Shown here: positions 30,130 through 40,683 of the stretch, in pieces
Numbering within the stretch: position 1 is the first letter of the stretch
Layout: every line of letters starts with the position of its first letter
NCBI GenBank assembly: GCA_963845065.1
Contig: CAWJQQ010000009.1
Coordinates: 1 to 64,000 of the forward strand
From: Nitrospirota bacterium
GTDB lineage: Bacteria; Nitrospirota; UBA9217
Direction: 5' to 3'
Length of the DNA stretch: 64,000 bases
Program-made: the position numbers and the translations under genes
The notes under the pieces: model-generated
What the model was told of the DNA's origin: nothing
The model's input: the letters and a program-made list of their open reading frames with translations, nothing else
The model's database searches: none

Positions 30130-31704
30130 ATGAAAAAAATAATATTTATAATATGCATGATTTTATTTAACACTTCTTTTGTGCTGGCGGAAGATTTTTA
30201 TATTGCCCAAACTTATCAAGGCGGAAATACAGGGGCAGATTGCAGTGATGCCTATGCTGTAACGTTTTTTAACACGTCAGGGAACTGGACAAATCCAAAG
30301 ACATCAGGGAAGATAGGCCCAGGAGATACAGTACATTTGTGCGGAACTATAACAAGCTCATTAAATTTTCAAAATTCCGGATCAAGTGGAAGCGTGATTA
30401 CTCTGTTATTTGAATCAGGGGCAATAATGAGCAATACGGGGACTGCATGGAATTCCTCAGGGCCTATTTCGCTAAATGGCCATAATTATATCCTCATAAA
30501 TGGCGGTATCGCAAACATAGGTGGGGCCACTGCTAATATACAGGCGACAGGCAATGGTTCTGGATTATCTTCTCAAGTGTCCATTCAAGCAATTAATTTA
30601 AATAGTTCTCATGATGTAGAAATTAAAAATCTTGGGTGCTCAAATCTTTACATTCATAATTCTGTTACAGACACGGCCTTAGGTTCAGATACTTCGGCCT
30701 GTATTTATGCAAATCCACAAGGGGCTAATATATCTATTCATGATAGTACATTTCATGACAATCAAGATGGGATTTTATTTAGTGTAGCAAGTTCCGGTAC
30801 CATGTCCATGCAAGTTTACAACATGAATATGTATAATATGGATCATTTTTTATTTACCACTTGCAATGCATCAGGATCAAGCGGATTTTATTTTTATAAT
30901 AATAACATTCACGATCCAGCAAATTGGGACACTACTGCAAATGCCTATCATCATGACGGATGGATAATGAATATCAATACCGGACAGACTTGCGATCAAG
31001 CATGGGCCTACAATAATCAATTTGGCGGGAATTGGGGCTCAAACAATACTTCTCCACTTTTTTTTGATTACAATGGCGGAGTGTTAGAACATACTTACAT
31101 TTTTAATAATGTTTTTATCAATACCAATATCAGTTATCCTTGGTCAAATGGAATCAATTTATTAGTTGGGCCAACAACTGCAGCAGGACCGCTATATGTT
31201 TGGAACAATACGGTTATTTGCGGTAACCTTGGTTCAGGATTTCAGATTGGAGGAAGTAATATTGATTTTAGAAATAATGTTGAAAGCAGTTGTCAGGAAT
31301 TTATCAACACTTCCATAGCATCAAGCGCAACAATTTCAGCGATGGATTATAACTATTATGCAAACTCGATAGCTTCAGGAAATCAAATTTTTTCATTTTT
31401 GACTGTTGGTAGTGGAAGCGGAAATCTTGTCACTCAATTTGCCAAATGGCAAATTGGCATCCAAGGAGTAGCATCGGGAAGCGAAGCTCATTCTGAAGAA
31501 GGCGTAAGTGCAGGGCTTAATAGTTCTGGGATACCTCAAAGTGGTTCCCCTGTAATCGGAGCAGGAGTAAATCTTACCAGCCTCGGCATTGCAGCACTCA
31601 ACACAGACATTAATGGTAATGCCCGTTCTGTTTCCGGTGCTTGGGATATTGGTGCGTATCAGAGTATCAGACCAATGCCGCCAGTTAATCTACGAATTCA
31701 ATAA
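30130..31704 (+). CDS. Secreted Asn/Ser/Gly-rich parallel beta-helix protein
   Basis: Signal peptide ending VLA, PGDTVHL, repeated xxYNN, C-terminal DINGNAR..WDIGAY. Confidence 0.7.
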   Translation: MKKIIFIICMILFNTSFVLAEDFYIAQTYQGGNTGADCSDAYAVTFFNTSGNWTNPKTSGKIGPGDTVHLCGTITSSLNFQNSGSSGSVITLLFESGAIMSNTGTAWNSSGPISLNGHNYILINGGIANIGGATANIQATGNGSGLSSQVSIQAINLNSSHDVEIKNLGCSNLYIHNSVTDTALGSDTSACIYANPQGANISIHDSTFHDNQDGILFSVASSGTMSMQVYNMNMYNMDHFLFTTCNASGSSGFYFYNNNIHDPANWDTTANAYHHDGWIMNINTGQTCDQAWAYNNQFGGNWGSNNTSPLFFDYNGGVLEHTYIFNNVFINTNISYPWSNGINLLVGPTTAAGPLYVWNNTVICGNLGSGFQIGGSNIDFRNNVESSCQEFINTSIASSATISAMDYNYYANSIASGNQIFSFLTVGSGSGNLVTQFAKWQIGIQGVASGSEAHSEEGVSAGLNSSGIPQSGSPVIGAGVNLTSLGIAALNTDINGNARSVSGAWDIGAYQSIRPMPPVNLRIQ

Positions 31705-31913
31705 ATGATAAGTGACATGCGTGCATTCTGTATTTAATTTGCCGATTCATGCCATTATTGTTCAAAAAAAACCTGATTGTTTGAATCTGCCATTTACCCA
31801 TCGAAAATTTTAGACAGGTTCATTCATATTCTCAGATTTAGGTTTCCAATTCCGCTGTTCAAATACCGATTACTATAATTATTTCAACAAAAAGCACTTG
31901 GGAAAAGTTAAAC

Positions 31914-33338
31914 ATGGGTATGTTTTTTAACATTCGTGTTTTGGTAGCCATAGCGAATTATGGCTTCAAAAACATTGAGTACCTTAAACGGTTGATACAA
32001 GAGTACCAAGCTATGCCGTGTAATACTCATATAACAGTATTATCAAACGTTCCTAAAGAATTGGGACCAAATGTTGAAGTCGCTGTGGGACTTCCAACAA
32101 AAGATCCATGGTCGCTTCCTTTTGGACATAAAAAAATATTTTCTGAGAGGATCGAAGACTATGATCTTTTTATCTATAGCGAAGATGATGTTTTGGTGAC
32201 TTGGAAAAATATTGAAACTTTTCTCCATCTCACAAAGATGCTGCCCAAAAATGACATATGCGGTTTTCTTAGATATGAATTGGATTTAAACGACAAAAAG
32301 TTTTATCCGGATTTTGTCGGTCCTTATCATTGGCTGCCAAAGTCAGTGAAGAAGATAGAACAATTCACTTTTGCAGAGTTCTCGAATGCCCATTCGGCTT
32401 GTTATGTTTTAACTCGTGAACAATTGCGAACAGCTTTGAGCTCTGGGGGATATCTTGTCGAACCTCATCAAGGTCGGTACGATTTACTCTGTTCAGCTGC
32501 AACGGATCCGTATATCCAGTGTGGATTCAATAAGATGATTTGCATTTCCCATATATCAGACCTACTAGTCCATCACTTACCTAATAAATATGTAGGAAAG
32601 CTTGGAATTAATGAAAATGATTTCGATAAGCAAATTACTTTTATGCTTTCTTCAGATTATGCCTGTAACGTTGGCCAAGAGCTTTTTATTACAACTAAAA
32701 ACATCAACACTATAATTTGGGATAAGGCCTATTTTGATGGCCCTGACAAGGATTTAATATCTTTGGTGTCTCAAGATGCAAAAAGAATTCTAACTGTTGG
32801 GTGCGGTAATGCGGTTACTGAAGGCATTTTAATTAGAAATGGTTATAAAGTCACGTCTATCCCTCTTGACCCTATCGTAGGAGCACTTGCGGCATCTAAG
32901 GGAGTAGCCGTAATGGAAGCTAATTTTGATCAGGCATTTCAAGCTTTATATGGAACTTCATTTGATTGCATTGTCTTTTCAGATGTATTGCAGCATTTAA
33001 AAGATCCAGTCGATATATTATCAAAAACTATCAGGTTGTTGGCGGATGATGGTGAGTTGTTGATAAGTATTCCAAACTTTAAATATATAAAGTTCTTAAA
33101 GGATCATTATCCCATTTTCAAAAAATGGACTTATTCCAAACATCTTCTGCAAACAGTTGATAAAAAAGATCTCACGGAATGGTTTAAATTAACTGGTTTT
33201 ACATGTATTTTTTCCCAATACGTTGTAGAGAGTCATTTTTTCAAGAAATTAAGTATGCCTTTAGGAATTTTTAAAGTTTTGTTTGCCAGTAGGCAGATAG
33301 TGAGAGGGAGAAAAAGAGATCGTATTAGTCAAAGTTAG
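31914..33338 (+). CDS. Glycosyltransferase-like domain fused to a SAM methyltransferase
   Basis: N-terminal LFIYSEDD; C-terminal LTVGCG, FDCIVFSDVLQHLKDP. Confidence 0.6.
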   Translation: MGMFFNIRVLVAIANYGFKNIEYLKRLIQEYQAMPCNTHITVLSNVPKELGPNVEVAVGLPTKDPWSLPFGHKKIFSERIEDYDLFIYSEDDVLVTWKNIETFLHLTKMLPKNDICGFLRYELDLNDKKFYPDFVGPYHWLPKSVKKIEQFTFAEFSNAHSACYVLTREQLRTALSSGGYLVEPHQGRYDLLCSAATDPYIQCGFNKMICISHISDLLVHHLPNKYVGKLGINENDFDKQITFMLSSDYACNVGQELFITTKNINTIIWDKAYFDGPDKDLISLVSQDAKRILTVGCGNAVTEGILIRNGYKVTSIPLDPIVGALAASKGVAVMEANFDQAFQALYGTSFDCIVFSDVLQHLKDPVDILSKTIRLLADDGELLISIPNFKYIKFLKDHYPIFKKWTYSKHLLQTVDKKDLTEWFKLTGFTCIFSQYVVESHFFKKLSMPLGIFKVLFASRQIVRGRKRDRISQS

Positions 33339-33432
33339 CATTAGTTTGTCTCACTTAATGGGGATTCCGCGGGTGTCGATAATTAGACACTTTCCTTTAT
33401 GAAGGCACGGAGTGTAAGGCGGAGTTAGTCAT

Positions 33433-34395
33433 ATGGTAAGAAACAAGCAAGTTAGTGTGATTATCCCGACATTTAACCGCCGGGATTTTATTGTTGACGC
33501 GGTGAAAAGCGTTCTCATGCAGGATGTCAAGGATATGGAAATCATTGTAGTCGATGATGGCTCTGTAGACGACACACGAGATGCTCTAATCCCATATAGG
33601 AAGACCATCCGATATATTTATCAAAATAACCAGGGTGTGAGCGTTGCACGAAATCGAGGTATTCAAGAAAGTCGTGGTGAACTTCTTGCGTTTCTTGATA
33701 GCGATGATCTTTGGTCTCATGGTAAACTGAAGGCCCAGATGGATAGGGTTCTAACTGAAGATGTTTTAAGTTTTGAAGGTGTAGAATGGTTTGTTGACCA
33801 GGAAGAGGATAGCGCATTTCTCAAAGAGTCCATGAACGTAAAATTGCCACATTGTGATCAAGCCGGTTATATCATTGATCCTATCCTAGATGTATCTGAA
33901 GGGCGTTACCTACATCTGGGAACACTGCTCTGTCGGAAGACCACGTTTCTGAACGTAGGTCTATTTGATAAAAGCTTGTCCATGGGAGAAGATGAAGATT
34001 GGTTTAGCCAGGCTTCACTTATAACTCCATTTCATTATATCCCCGAACCATTGCTGAAAAGACGCTTACACGTCAATCAAACCCAACCTGACCGTGAAGA
34101 ATCTATTCGCAGTTTGATCAAGGTTTTTAGCGGTATTAAAGCAAGATGCAGAAATAAACATCCGAGAGCTTCCATCGCTGTAAATCAGAGATTAGCAGCT
34201 AAATGGTCGCATTTAGCGAATTATTTAGCACATAATGGACGACGCATGGAAGCAAGTAGAGCCGCTTGGACAGCTTTTACCCTGGACCCATTTTACATAC
34301 AACGGCTGATGAAAGCTGGCTTAATTCTGGCCGGTTGGCGGATGGGCGCGAAGGCCTTTTCGCGTTACGATGAACTAAGCAATAAAAAATGGTAA
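33433..34395 (+). CDS. Glycosyltransferase family 2
   Basis: SVIIPTFN, VDDGS, ARNRG, FLDSDD. Confidence 0.9.
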   Translation: MVRNKQVSVIIPTFNRRDFIVDAVKSVLMQDVKDMEIIVVDDGSVDDTRDALIPYRKTIRYIYQNNQGVSVARNRGIQESRGELLAFLDSDDLWSHGKLKAQMDRVLTEDVLSFEGVEWFVDQEEDSAFLKESMNVKLPHCDQAGYIIDPILDVSEGRYLHLGTLLCRKTTFLNVGLFDKSLSMGEDEDWFSQASLITPFHYIPEPLLKRRLHVNQTQPDREESIRSLIKVFSGIKARCRNKHPRASIAVNQRLAAKWSHLANYLAHNGRRMEASRAAWTAFTLDPFYIQRLMKAGLILAGWRMGAKAFSRYDELSNKKW

Positions 34396-34496
34396 GTCAT
34401 ACGCTGCAGACGATGAAGCCCCTACTTTCTTAGAAAATCCTTATCCTCGGTCCCTGATTACAAGATAGACATTGACAACGAATAAATAGAGAATAA

Positions 34497-35954
34497 ATGG
34501 ATAACATAAAAAACAAAACTATCTCTAGCATTGGCTACAATGCCATGTTTAGATTTATATCCATGCTTTGCCAGTTTCTTGCAAGCATCGTGCTTTCCCG
34601 CAGGCTTTCACCAACCGACTATGGCATCATTGGATTCTCATTAATCTTCATACAATTACTTTCTCAATTCGAAGATCTAGGAATAAATAGTGCAGTTATT
34701 CAGAAAGAACAGCTTGATGAAAAATCAGTGCAAACCGCTTTTACTATTAAGGCCGTGATTGGATTATTTCTTTGTGTAGTAGCATTTATAATTGCACCCT
34801 TAGCACACGTTTTTTTTGAAAACCCGGATGTTATCAACGTTATCCGGATGCTTTCGCTAAATTTCGTAATTAACATCTTTATTTTCCTTCCCAATTCCTT
34901 ATTAAGGCGAGAATTAAATTATAAAAAAATGTCTTTAGCCAAAGTATTGTCCAGTATCTTAAATTCAGTACTATCCATAATTCTCGCTATAATGGGTTTA
35001 AAATACTGGAGCATAGCCCTTGCTAATTTAATTTCCATGGTGATACTGGCACTTGCGATGAATATATTGAAACCTATAAGAATTGAAATAGGTTTTGACA
35101 AAAAAATAGCAGTGGAATTTATTCACTATGGCTGGAAAATATTTGCTAGCGGAATAATCATTTTTGTACTTTTTAATGCTGATAATTTTATTGTAGGTTC
35201 TGTAAGAGGATCGATTTTACTTGGTTATTATGTGATTGCATTTAACTGGGGGTCTATGTCATCCAGCTTGATGTACAGCATAATACACGATGTTCTTTTC
35301 CCTACTTTTACCAATTTAAAGCATGACACAGAAAAAATGAAGACAGCATATTTGAAGACCCTGGAATATATAAGTCTCATCGGAGTTCTCTTAAATATAA
35401 CGCTATTTATAATTGCAAAAGATTTTCTGGTCTATGTTCTTGGTCATGGGTCTGATAAATGGATGCCGGCGCTTACAGCACTGAAGATTCTGTGTATTTA
35501 CGGTATCTTCAGAAGTCTTCTTGAGCCTGTTGGAAATGTTATTATGGCTATCGGGAAAACAGAAGTTCTTTTAAAATCAAACATGATTGCTGCGCTATTG
35601 CAAGTTGTATTTATCTATCCGGCGATTAAGTATTTCAGTATTGAAGGCGTTGCCGTTGTTGTTACCATTGCTTATTGTTCGCAGTATTTTGTATATCTTC
35701 CCTTTTTAAAAAGAGAATTAAACATTTCCATGAATGAATTAGTGTCGGTATTAAAGCCATCAATTATATCCATAGCAGCCCTATTGCCCATTTATATTGT
35801 TAGTGAATACGGCTTTCTCAGCAGCACATCAATTTTAATAGTAGCTGAAAAGCTCATAGGTTGTTCGCTAAGTTATCTAGTTCTATTTGGATTCTTGACA
35901 AAATGGAAATTATTAAGAGAAGCGAAAACTGTTATAGAAAAAAGAATAGTTTGA
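34497..35954 (+). CDS. wzx: Wzx(C) polysaccharide flippase
   Basis: LSRRLSPTDYG, DLGINSAVIQ, 12 or more TM segments, LGYY. Confidence 0.9.
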   Translation: MDNIKNKTISSIGYNAMFRFISMLCQFLASIVLSRRLSPTDYGIIGFSLIFIQLLSQFEDLGINSAVIQKEQLDEKSVQTAFTIKAVIGLFLCVVAFIIAPLAHVFFENPDVINVIRMLSLNFVINIFIFLPNSLLRRELNYKKMSLAKVLSSILNSVLSIILAIMGLKYWSIALANLISMVILALAMNILKPIRIEIGFDKKIAVEFIHYGWKIFASGIIIFVLFNADNFIVGSVRGSILLGYYVIAFNWGSMSSSLMYSIIHDVLFPTFTNLKHDTEKMKTAYLKTLEYISLIGVLLNITLFIIAKDFLVYVLGHGSDKWMPALTALKILCIYGIFRSLLEPVGNVIMAIGKTEVLLKSNMIAALLQVVFIYPAIKYFSIEGVAVVVTIAYCSQYFVYLPFLKRELNISMNELVSVLKPSIISIAALLPIYIVSEYGFLSSTSILIVAEKLIGCSLSYLVLFGFLTKWKLLREAKTVIEKRIV

Positions 35955-36036
35955 CGCAAATAAAACAAAGAAGTCATTTTCCAGTGTAGGCTAAGCAAGA
36001 AAAAAGTTAACAATAGAGAAATAAGACTGGATTAAC

Positions 36037-37086
36037 ATGGATTTCAACTTACCGCTAGTGCACATAATAATTCTCAATTGGAATGGGCTAAAGGACACGA
36101 TTGAATGTTTGGAATCTGTTTATAAACTTGACTATTCTAATTTTAAAGTCGTTGTGGTTGACAACGGTTCTTCAGATAACTCAGCTGACGTAATTTATAA
36201 GAATTACCCAAAAATAAAATTAATCATAAATGATAAAAATTACGGATTCACAGGCGGTAATAATATTGGTATGAAATATGCGATTGATGAAAATACCGAT
36301 TATCTATGGCTTTTAAATAATGATACGCTTATAGAAAAAGATTGCTTATACAAAATTGTTAAGGTGGCCGAGAGTTCTAACACTATTGGCATGGTGAGCC
36401 CTATGATTTACTACGCAGAGACGCCAGATAAATTGCAATTTGGTGGATGTTGGATAAATAGGAAACAACTTCGCCATTTTTATCCGCAATCTTCTGTTGA
36501 CATTGGCAGTGAATTTCAAACAGGAAACGACGTATGTCTATGGGGGACGGCATTACTCATTAAAAGAGGCGTGGTTGAAAAAATTGGTTACTTGCAAGAA
36601 AAATATTTTGCGTATTTTGAAGATATAGAATACTCTTTAAGAGTATTAGATAATAACCTTCATAATGTCATTTGCAATAATGCCAGAATATTGCATAAAC
36701 ATCAGCAGCCTGATATAGCTGCTGGTGGAAGAGGAAAACACTATTATTATTTTATGAACAGGAACCAGATATTATTGGGGCAGGAATATCTTAAGGGATT
36801 TGTTGCTCGATTGAGATACAAAATAAGAATATTGGGAGTGGTCTCTGCTTACATTGATAAATGTAATCAAGAGTACGCTGATGCGTGTCTAGATGGAGTG
36901 TGGCACGGACTCATAAACATAAGCGGAGAAATGACCTCTGATCATAGAATGCCAAAAATGATGAAAAAAATCATGTGCTTTTTCTCAAAGTATCATCCAA
37001 GGTTTATTGCCGACGTTATTACATTGGATTTTAAAGAAGTTTATCGAAAAATTTTAAAAAAAATCAAACTATTAAAATCTAAATAG
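36037..37086 (+). CDS. Glycosyltransferase family 2
   Basis: IILNWNG, VDNGSSD, LLNND, FAYFED. Confidence 0.9.
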   Translation: MDFNLPLVHIIILNWNGLKDTIECLESVYKLDYSNFKVVVVDNGSSDNSADVIYKNYPKIKLIINDKNYGFTGGNNIGMKYAIDENTDYLWLLNNDTLIEKDCLYKIVKVAESSNTIGMVSPMIYYAETPDKLQFGGCWINRKQLRHFYPQSSVDIGSEFQTGNDVCLWGTALLIKRGVVEKIGYLQEKYFAYFEDIEYSLRVLDNNLHNVICNNARILHKHQQPDIAAGGRGKHYYYFMNRNQILLGQEYLKGFVARLRYKIRILGVVSAYIDKCNQEYADACLDGVWHGLINISGEMTSDHRMPKMMKKIMCFFSKYHPRFIADVITLDFKEVYRKILKKIKLLKSK

Positions 37087-37108
37087 CAACGTTAGGCGAA
37101 ACTTAATT

Positions 37109-38062
37109 ATGCATACATCAGAAAAAATATTTTATATTATTAAGTACTCGTTAATTATATTTGCAGCCGCCATAATTTTTGTAAAAGTATACTATTCTTC
37201 AAAAAAGAAAAGACCCGGCATTTTTCTGAAAATATCAATGGTTTTCAGTGCCTTGGGGTTGTTAGATCTGTTGGACATGTATTTGATAGAGCCGAACTGG
37301 ATCAAGGTCGATAGGGTAGTCATTAATGACTCGGATCTTGCACCAATTATGAAGGGAACGAAGGTTGTCCAGATATCTGATATTCATCTCAGGGAGACCG
37401 GATTCAGAGAAAGACAGCTAATAGAAAAGGTCAATGATCTTAAGCCGGATATTCTCTTCTTCACTGGCGATCTCTTCAGCAGTTTAAAGGACAGAGATGC
37501 CGATGACCAGTATAGGGCGATATACGATCTTATAAAAAGTTTCAAAGTGTCTATCGCCATTTTTGGGGTTCTTGGGAACTATGATGACTATTTATTGCAT
37601 TATCCGGAACGATTGATAGAATTAAGGAGTGCAGGTATTGATATTCTTCATGAAGAAAATAGAAAGATCCTTCTCCCAAATAACGAAACATTCTGGCTGG
37701 CTGGTTCTTATTTTGATTTATACCGTGATAATACGAGTTCATTAGTAAAGGCCCTTGAGGCGGTCCCACCCAAGGCCCCGATTATTTTGTTAAACCATTA
37801 TCCCGATGTTTTTGAAATAGCGGCCAATGCGGGAATAAATCTTGTTCTCGTGGGGCATACACACGGAGGACAGATAGGGATCCCTTTCCTTATACATCTC
37901 TCAAATTATGCCTATAAATCCAATTACATGAGCGGACTATTCAGCTTGGGAAAGACAAAGATGTACGTTAATCGGGGTATCGGAACGACAAATTTTCCTG
38001 TTCGCTTCCTTTGCCGGCCGGAAATCACGGTCTTTGATTTTCAAGCAGAACCTGTATCGTGA
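37109..38062 (+). CDS. Membrane-anchored metallophosphoesterase (YkuE-like)
   Basis: SDIH, TGD, LGNYD, GHTHGGQ, VNRGIG. Confidence 0.88.
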   Translation: MHTSEKIFYIIKYSLIIFAAAIIFVKVYYSSKKKRPGIFLKISMVFSALGLLDLLDMYLIEPNWIKVDRVVINDSDLAPIMKGTKVVQISDIHLRETGFRERQLIEKVNDLKPDILFFTGDLFSSLKDRDADDQYRAIYDLIKSFKVSIAIFGVLGNYDDYLLHYPERLIELRSAGIDILHEENRKILLPNNETFWLAGSYFDLYRDNTSSLVKALEAVPPKAPIILLNHYPDVFEIAANAGINLVLVGHTHGGQIGIPFLIHLSNYAYKSNYMSGLFSLGKTKMYVNRGIGTTNFPVRFLCRPEITVFDFQAEPVS

Positions 38063-38140
38063 TATGCGGGAGATACGGATACCCTGGCAGAACATAATTT
38101 AAGACTCGTTATAAGTTTGTTAATTCCCAACCTGCAAATT

Positions 38141-39061
38141 ATGGAAAATTTAAAATCGATACAGTGGAGACTGAACAGGGGCTGGCTATTCCTGGCATTC
38201 AACATCGCGTTCGTGCTGGCATTCTTCGGCCCACTTTGGGACCTTGTGCTGACTTCCTATCGCAGTGATACGATTTCCTATATTCCCTTCATCCCAATCA
38301 TCAGCGCGTATCTCATTTATTTAGACAGACAAAAGATTTTTTCGCATACGAGAACGTTTTCTGCAGCCGGGTTTATCCCCATAAGCATCGGCATTGCGAT
38401 TATATTTTTCATGAGTAAACTTACAGCGTCACTCGATCATAATGACTATCTTTCGCTTATAGCGTTGTCCATGGTACTGATCTGGATCGGTGGCTTCACG
38501 CTCTGTTACGGAACACCATCGTTACGAGCCGCGATATTTCCTCTGCTGTTTCTGTTCTTTATGGTTCCGATCCCGACTATCGCATTGGATAAGATCGTCT
38601 CAGTTCTCCAAACCGGTTCTACTATTGCTGCCGATGGATACTTTAAAGCATTTGGCCTCCACATAGTGAGGGATGGATTCGTATTTCATTTTCCAGCACT
38701 CGATATCGTTGTAGCACCGGAATGTAGTGGGATAAGGTCAGCTCTCTCTCTAGTGATTACGATCTTATTGGCGGGTCATTTTTTTCTCCGGACAGGATGG
38801 TCAAAGTTAATCTTGTTGTTATTGATTTTGCCCATCACGATCCTGAAGAACGGGCTCCGGATCGCCGTCTTATCCATTCTTGGCGTTTACGTGGATAAAA
38901 GGATCCTGGGAAGTGAACTGCACAGGGATGGTGGCATTCTCTTTTTTATTTTTGGCCTTCTCCTCTTCTGGGCGGTCATCGTGCTTCTAAGAAAAGCTGA
39001 AGGGAGTTCTCGAAATAAAAACGAGTCGAAGATATTGCCAGAAAAAGCAGATAAGTCTTAA
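38141..39061 (+). CDS. Exosortase (EpsH family) without a fused EpsI domain
   Basis: Multi-TM protein with the Cys/Arg/His triad motifs VAPECSGIRS, NGLRI, LHRDGG. Confidence 0.9.
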   Translation: MENLKSIQWRLNRGWLFLAFNIAFVLAFFGPLWDLVLTSYRSDTISYIPFIPIISAYLIYLDRQKIFSHTRTFSAAGFIPISIGIAIIFFMSKLTASLDHNDYLSLIALSMVLIWIGGFTLCYGTPSLRAAIFPLLFLFFMVPIPTIALDKIVSVLQTGSTIAADGYFKAFGLHIVRDGFVFHFPALDIVVAPECSGIRSALSLVITILLAGHFFLRTGWSKLILLLLILPITILKNGLRIAVLSILGVYVDKRILGSELHRDGGILFFIFGLLLFWAVIVLLRKAEGSSRNKNESKILPEKADKS

Positions 39062-39140
39062 GACAAAATTACTGAGCGTACAATTATTTTCAATCTGTGT
39101 GAATATACAAAATTAGCGTTCCGCATGCATGGAGGCCCCT

Positions 39141-40448
39141 ATGAATCTACTGGAAAAAATAAATAATCGCAGCGCAACGATCGGCGTCATCGGCCTCGGC
39201 TACGTGGGACTTCCCCTGGCCATCCAATTCGTGAAGTCGGGGTTTAAGACCATCGGGTTTGATGTCGACAAGGCCAAGGTAAGTGACCTGAAGGAGGGAA
39301 AGACATATATCAGACACATTCCCATTGAACAGGTGCGGATCCTGAAGAACAGTCACGGGTTCAAGCCCACGACGAATTATGTGCACCTGAAGGATACGGA
39401 CTGTGTTATCATCTGCGTTCCTACGCCGCTCGGTCAGCATCGTGAGCCGGACCTTTCTTACGTACTAAATACAACAAGAGAGGTCGCAGAGTACCTTCAT
39501 AAGGACCAGCTCATCGTTCTTGAGTCCACGACCTACCCGGGTACCACAGACGGGGAGATGCGCGAGATCCTGGAGGCGACAGGCATGGTTGCCGGCAAGG
39601 ACTTCTATCTTGCCTTTTCACCGGAGCGCGAGGACCCTAACAATCAGAATTTTTCAACCTCAACGATACCAAAGGTAGTGGGCGGATATACTGAAAACTG
39701 CCTTAAGGCTGCCGATGCCCTCTACAGGACAATTGTGACGAAGACCGTGCCGGTTTCTTCCACCAGGGTTGCGGAGGCGTCCAAGCTCCTAGAGAATATA
39801 TACCGGGCAGTCAATATCGCAATGGTGAATGAGCTTAAGCTCCTCTTCGACAGGATGGGCATTGATGTGTACGAGGTAATCGAAGCGGCCAAGACGAAAC
39901 CATTCGGATTTCAGGCCTTTTACCCTGGTCCAGGTCTGGGCGGGCATTGCATCCCCATCGACCCTTTTTATCTCACCTGGAAGGCGCGGGAATATGATTT
40001 TCACACGAGGTTTATCGAGCTGGCTGGAGAGATAAATACCTCCATGCCCTATTACGTCGTAGACAAGGTGATCAGCGCACTGCAGACGAAGAAAAAGACC
40101 TTGCCCGCGTCGAAAATCCTCATCCTCGGTCTCGCCTATAAGAAAGACATCGACGACACGCGTGAATCTCCATCCCTGAAGATCATCGATCTTTTAGAAG
40201 AGAAGGGTGCCCAGGTCGATTTCAACGATCCCTACATTCCGCGTACGAAAAAGACGCGAAAATATGACCTGAAGAAAGACTCGGTGCCGCTCACAGAAAA
40301 GACTCTTGGGAGCTACGATTGCGTTGTGGTGGCCACTGATCATTCCTGTTATGATTATGAATTCATTCTCAAGCACGCTTCGCTGGTCGTGGATACGCGC
40401 AATGCTGCTAATGGACACAAGAATAATGGTAATTTAGTGAAGGCGTGA
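39141..40448 (+). CDS. Nucleotide-sugar (UDP-GlcNAc) 6-dehydrogenase, WbpA/TviB-like
   Basis: GLGYVGLP, ESTTYPG, SPERE, GGHCIPIDP, DTRESP. Confidence 0.93.
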   Translation: MNLLEKINNRSATIGVIGLGYVGLPLAIQFVKSGFKTIGFDVDKAKVSDLKEGKTYIRHIPIEQVRILKNSHGFKPTTNYVHLKDTDCVIICVPTPLGQHREPDLSYVLNTTREVAEYLHKDQLIVLESTTYPGTTDGEMREILEATGMVAGKDFYLAFSPEREDPNNQNFSTSTIPKVVGGYTENCLKAADALYRTIVTKTVPVSSTRVAEASKLLENIYRAVNIAMVNELKLLFDRMGIDVYEVIEAAKTKPFGFQAFYPGPGLGGHCIPIDPFYLTWKAREYDFHTRFIELAGEINTSMPYYVVDKVISALQTKKKTLPASKILILGLAYKKDIDDTRESPSLKIIDLLEEKGAQVDFNDPYIPRTKKTRKYDLKKDSVPLTEKTLGSYDCVVVATDHSCYDYEFILKHASLVVDTRNAANGHKNNGNLVKA

Positions 40449-40479
40449 AAGGGCGTTTAATAAGCCAGTGAGGCGTTTG

Positions 40480-40681
40480 ATAAAAATAAGCAGGAAGTAA
40501 TTAAAAAAGAATTCGGTGCCGATCACTGGGATAACACTTAAAAGCTATTGGCTGCGCGGTTTCCCCACTAATCATTCCTGCTGTGATTATGAATTGATCC
40601 TCACGCACGAATCTTTGGTTGTGGACACAGGAACGCGACAAAGGAAATCAGGAGCAAAAGCAAATTAATGCGAAGGCATAA
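40480..40681 (+). repeat. Degenerate duplicate of the 3' end of the nucleotide-sugar dehydrogenase gene
   Basis: Aligns by eye with ~40250-40448 (TCGGTGCCG, ATCATTCCTG, GATTATGAATT, GTGGA.AC, GAAGGC). Confidence 0.8.
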
Positions 40682-40683
40682 AT

